A stretch of DNA of 64,000 nt, from positions 1,051,119-1,115,118 of the forward strand of contig NMRA01000021.1 in the NCBI GenBank assembly GCA_002633005.1, in the 5' to 3' direction. Below are positions 62,726 through 64,000 of this stretch, one piece after another. The stretch comes from Phoronis australis. Taxonomy: Eukaryota; Animalia; Phoronida. The position numbers and the translations under genes were made by a program. The notes under the pieces are model-generated. The model saw only the letters and a list, made by a program, of their open reading frames with translations, searched no databases and was not told the origin of the DNA. Positions within the stretch are counted from its first letter, which is position 1; every line of letters starts with the position of its first letter.

Positions 62726-64000
62726 CTGAATAGGGTTTGATTTAACTCTCACAAATATGTAATATTCGTTGATTCAAAAGTTTTCTTTCATTTATGCCGA
62801 GTTGTTTCAACTGTGCATTGCTTTTCGGCAGCCATTTTATAATGACACCTATGGTCGTCATATGCTGGCGACTTTTGAAAGAACAGAAAACCATGCAGAA
62901 AAAAGACCAAGAAAATAGTGGAATGTGGTTTACAACAATTCTAGTTCAAACACAAACTGTGTTACTGGTATATAGAATTCTAAATCAATTAAAATTGGTT
63001 CAGAATTTCAGTAAAATTAATAATGATTGTTTTATTCCCGATAGACCTTACTTATTTTCTATTTGTGACCTCTTTATTTGACTTTTTGCTCTTGTTGTAC
63101 TTAACATCACTTATCTCTGCTATATTTCTTTTTCTTTTCAGTTTTTCTTCATTTTCTGTTAATACCTTGTCAATCAAAACAGAACTGTAACGCTTTGAGA
63201 CTTGGTCAGCGGAAGTTGATCACTGAACCTCAGTGCAGTTGTTCTAATAAATTACCCAGGCAATATCATATTGTTTGATTTTTTTTCTCACCTTTAACAG
63301 GCTTCTGCAATCATAAATTAATAAGTACATAAATACCCAAGTTGCATGTGCATTTTATTGCTCAATCTCTTCTTATACGTTTAATTATGTCATGCTGTGT
63401 TGTATGTAACAATGCAGTATAGTGAAATAAAATCAATGTTTTACTTTATTGGTGGCCACTCTCTATCAATTCAAGTTTTTTAATTTTCTTCAAATAAATC
63501 CAAAATGCCTTAGCCAAAAATTTCAACATAAATGTTGAGCTCAGTACTGTGTTTTGCAATAAAAAACAAGTGGACAATATTCGATGACCAGTGTGCGAGC
63601 CGAAACTGTTAAGCACCCAGCGTGTTGCATTTGTCTGCTGTGTTTTTCCTTTGGCCTAACAGGTGTCGGTTAGTGCCTGGGATAAATAGATACAATGCAT
63701 AAACAATCCCTGGGTTGTTTTTTTTCCGTCTGAAGAAAATTTAATTTCGAAAATATCTTCAGAAAATAAACAAAAAAGTGCATTACTAAAATCTACAAGT
63801 TTTTACGTGGTTTCAAAAAACAGTCGGTAAATACACTGATTTTCGTCTCAGTTCTTCGATGCGCGTTCCTCCCGAGAGGTTAGTACCTAACGTGCAGACG
63901 AGCACTCTAGATTGGAACGCTAAGTCCCGCGTAGCTGCGCTGCACGCGAAACAAGATTGCGGACGACCATTGGAGCTTGACAACAATAGGTATCCCCACT

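Noticed and set aside
63165-63305. Further donor-like sites for upstream IL-17R exons
   Set aside because: Candidate exons had stops in the needed phase or were too short (13 nt) to support.

Overview
This is animal (eukaryotic) genomic DNA, most likely from a marine invertebrate; the taxon cannot be fixed from sequence alone. Two spliced protein-coding genes lie on the minus strand. (1) A complete invertebrate-type contactin, reconstructed by hand as 25 GT-AG coding exons (40857->12184; 3762 nt, 1253 aa; all intron phases consistent). Its architecture is signal peptide, C-type lectin domain, 6 Ig, 4 FNIII and a GPI signal. It has a probable 3'UTR intron right after the stop and a candidate alternative, GPI-less last exon. 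(2) The 3' part of an IL-17-receptor-family (SEFIR) gene (about 62725->53765) whose 5' end lies beyond the window. Its tail carries DSGxxS and PPxY motifs. Non-coding parts hold a decayed THAP + YqaJ DNA transposon with a nested L1/Tx1 insertion, Harbinger-type MITEs with CWG TSDs, a pogo element and its MITE, a probable solo LTR, two near-perfect hairpins, several minisatellites and many co-oriented CTCF-like motifs. No prokaryotic systems, CRISPR arrays or intact RNA genes are supported. All coordinates were read by eye; no database search was run.
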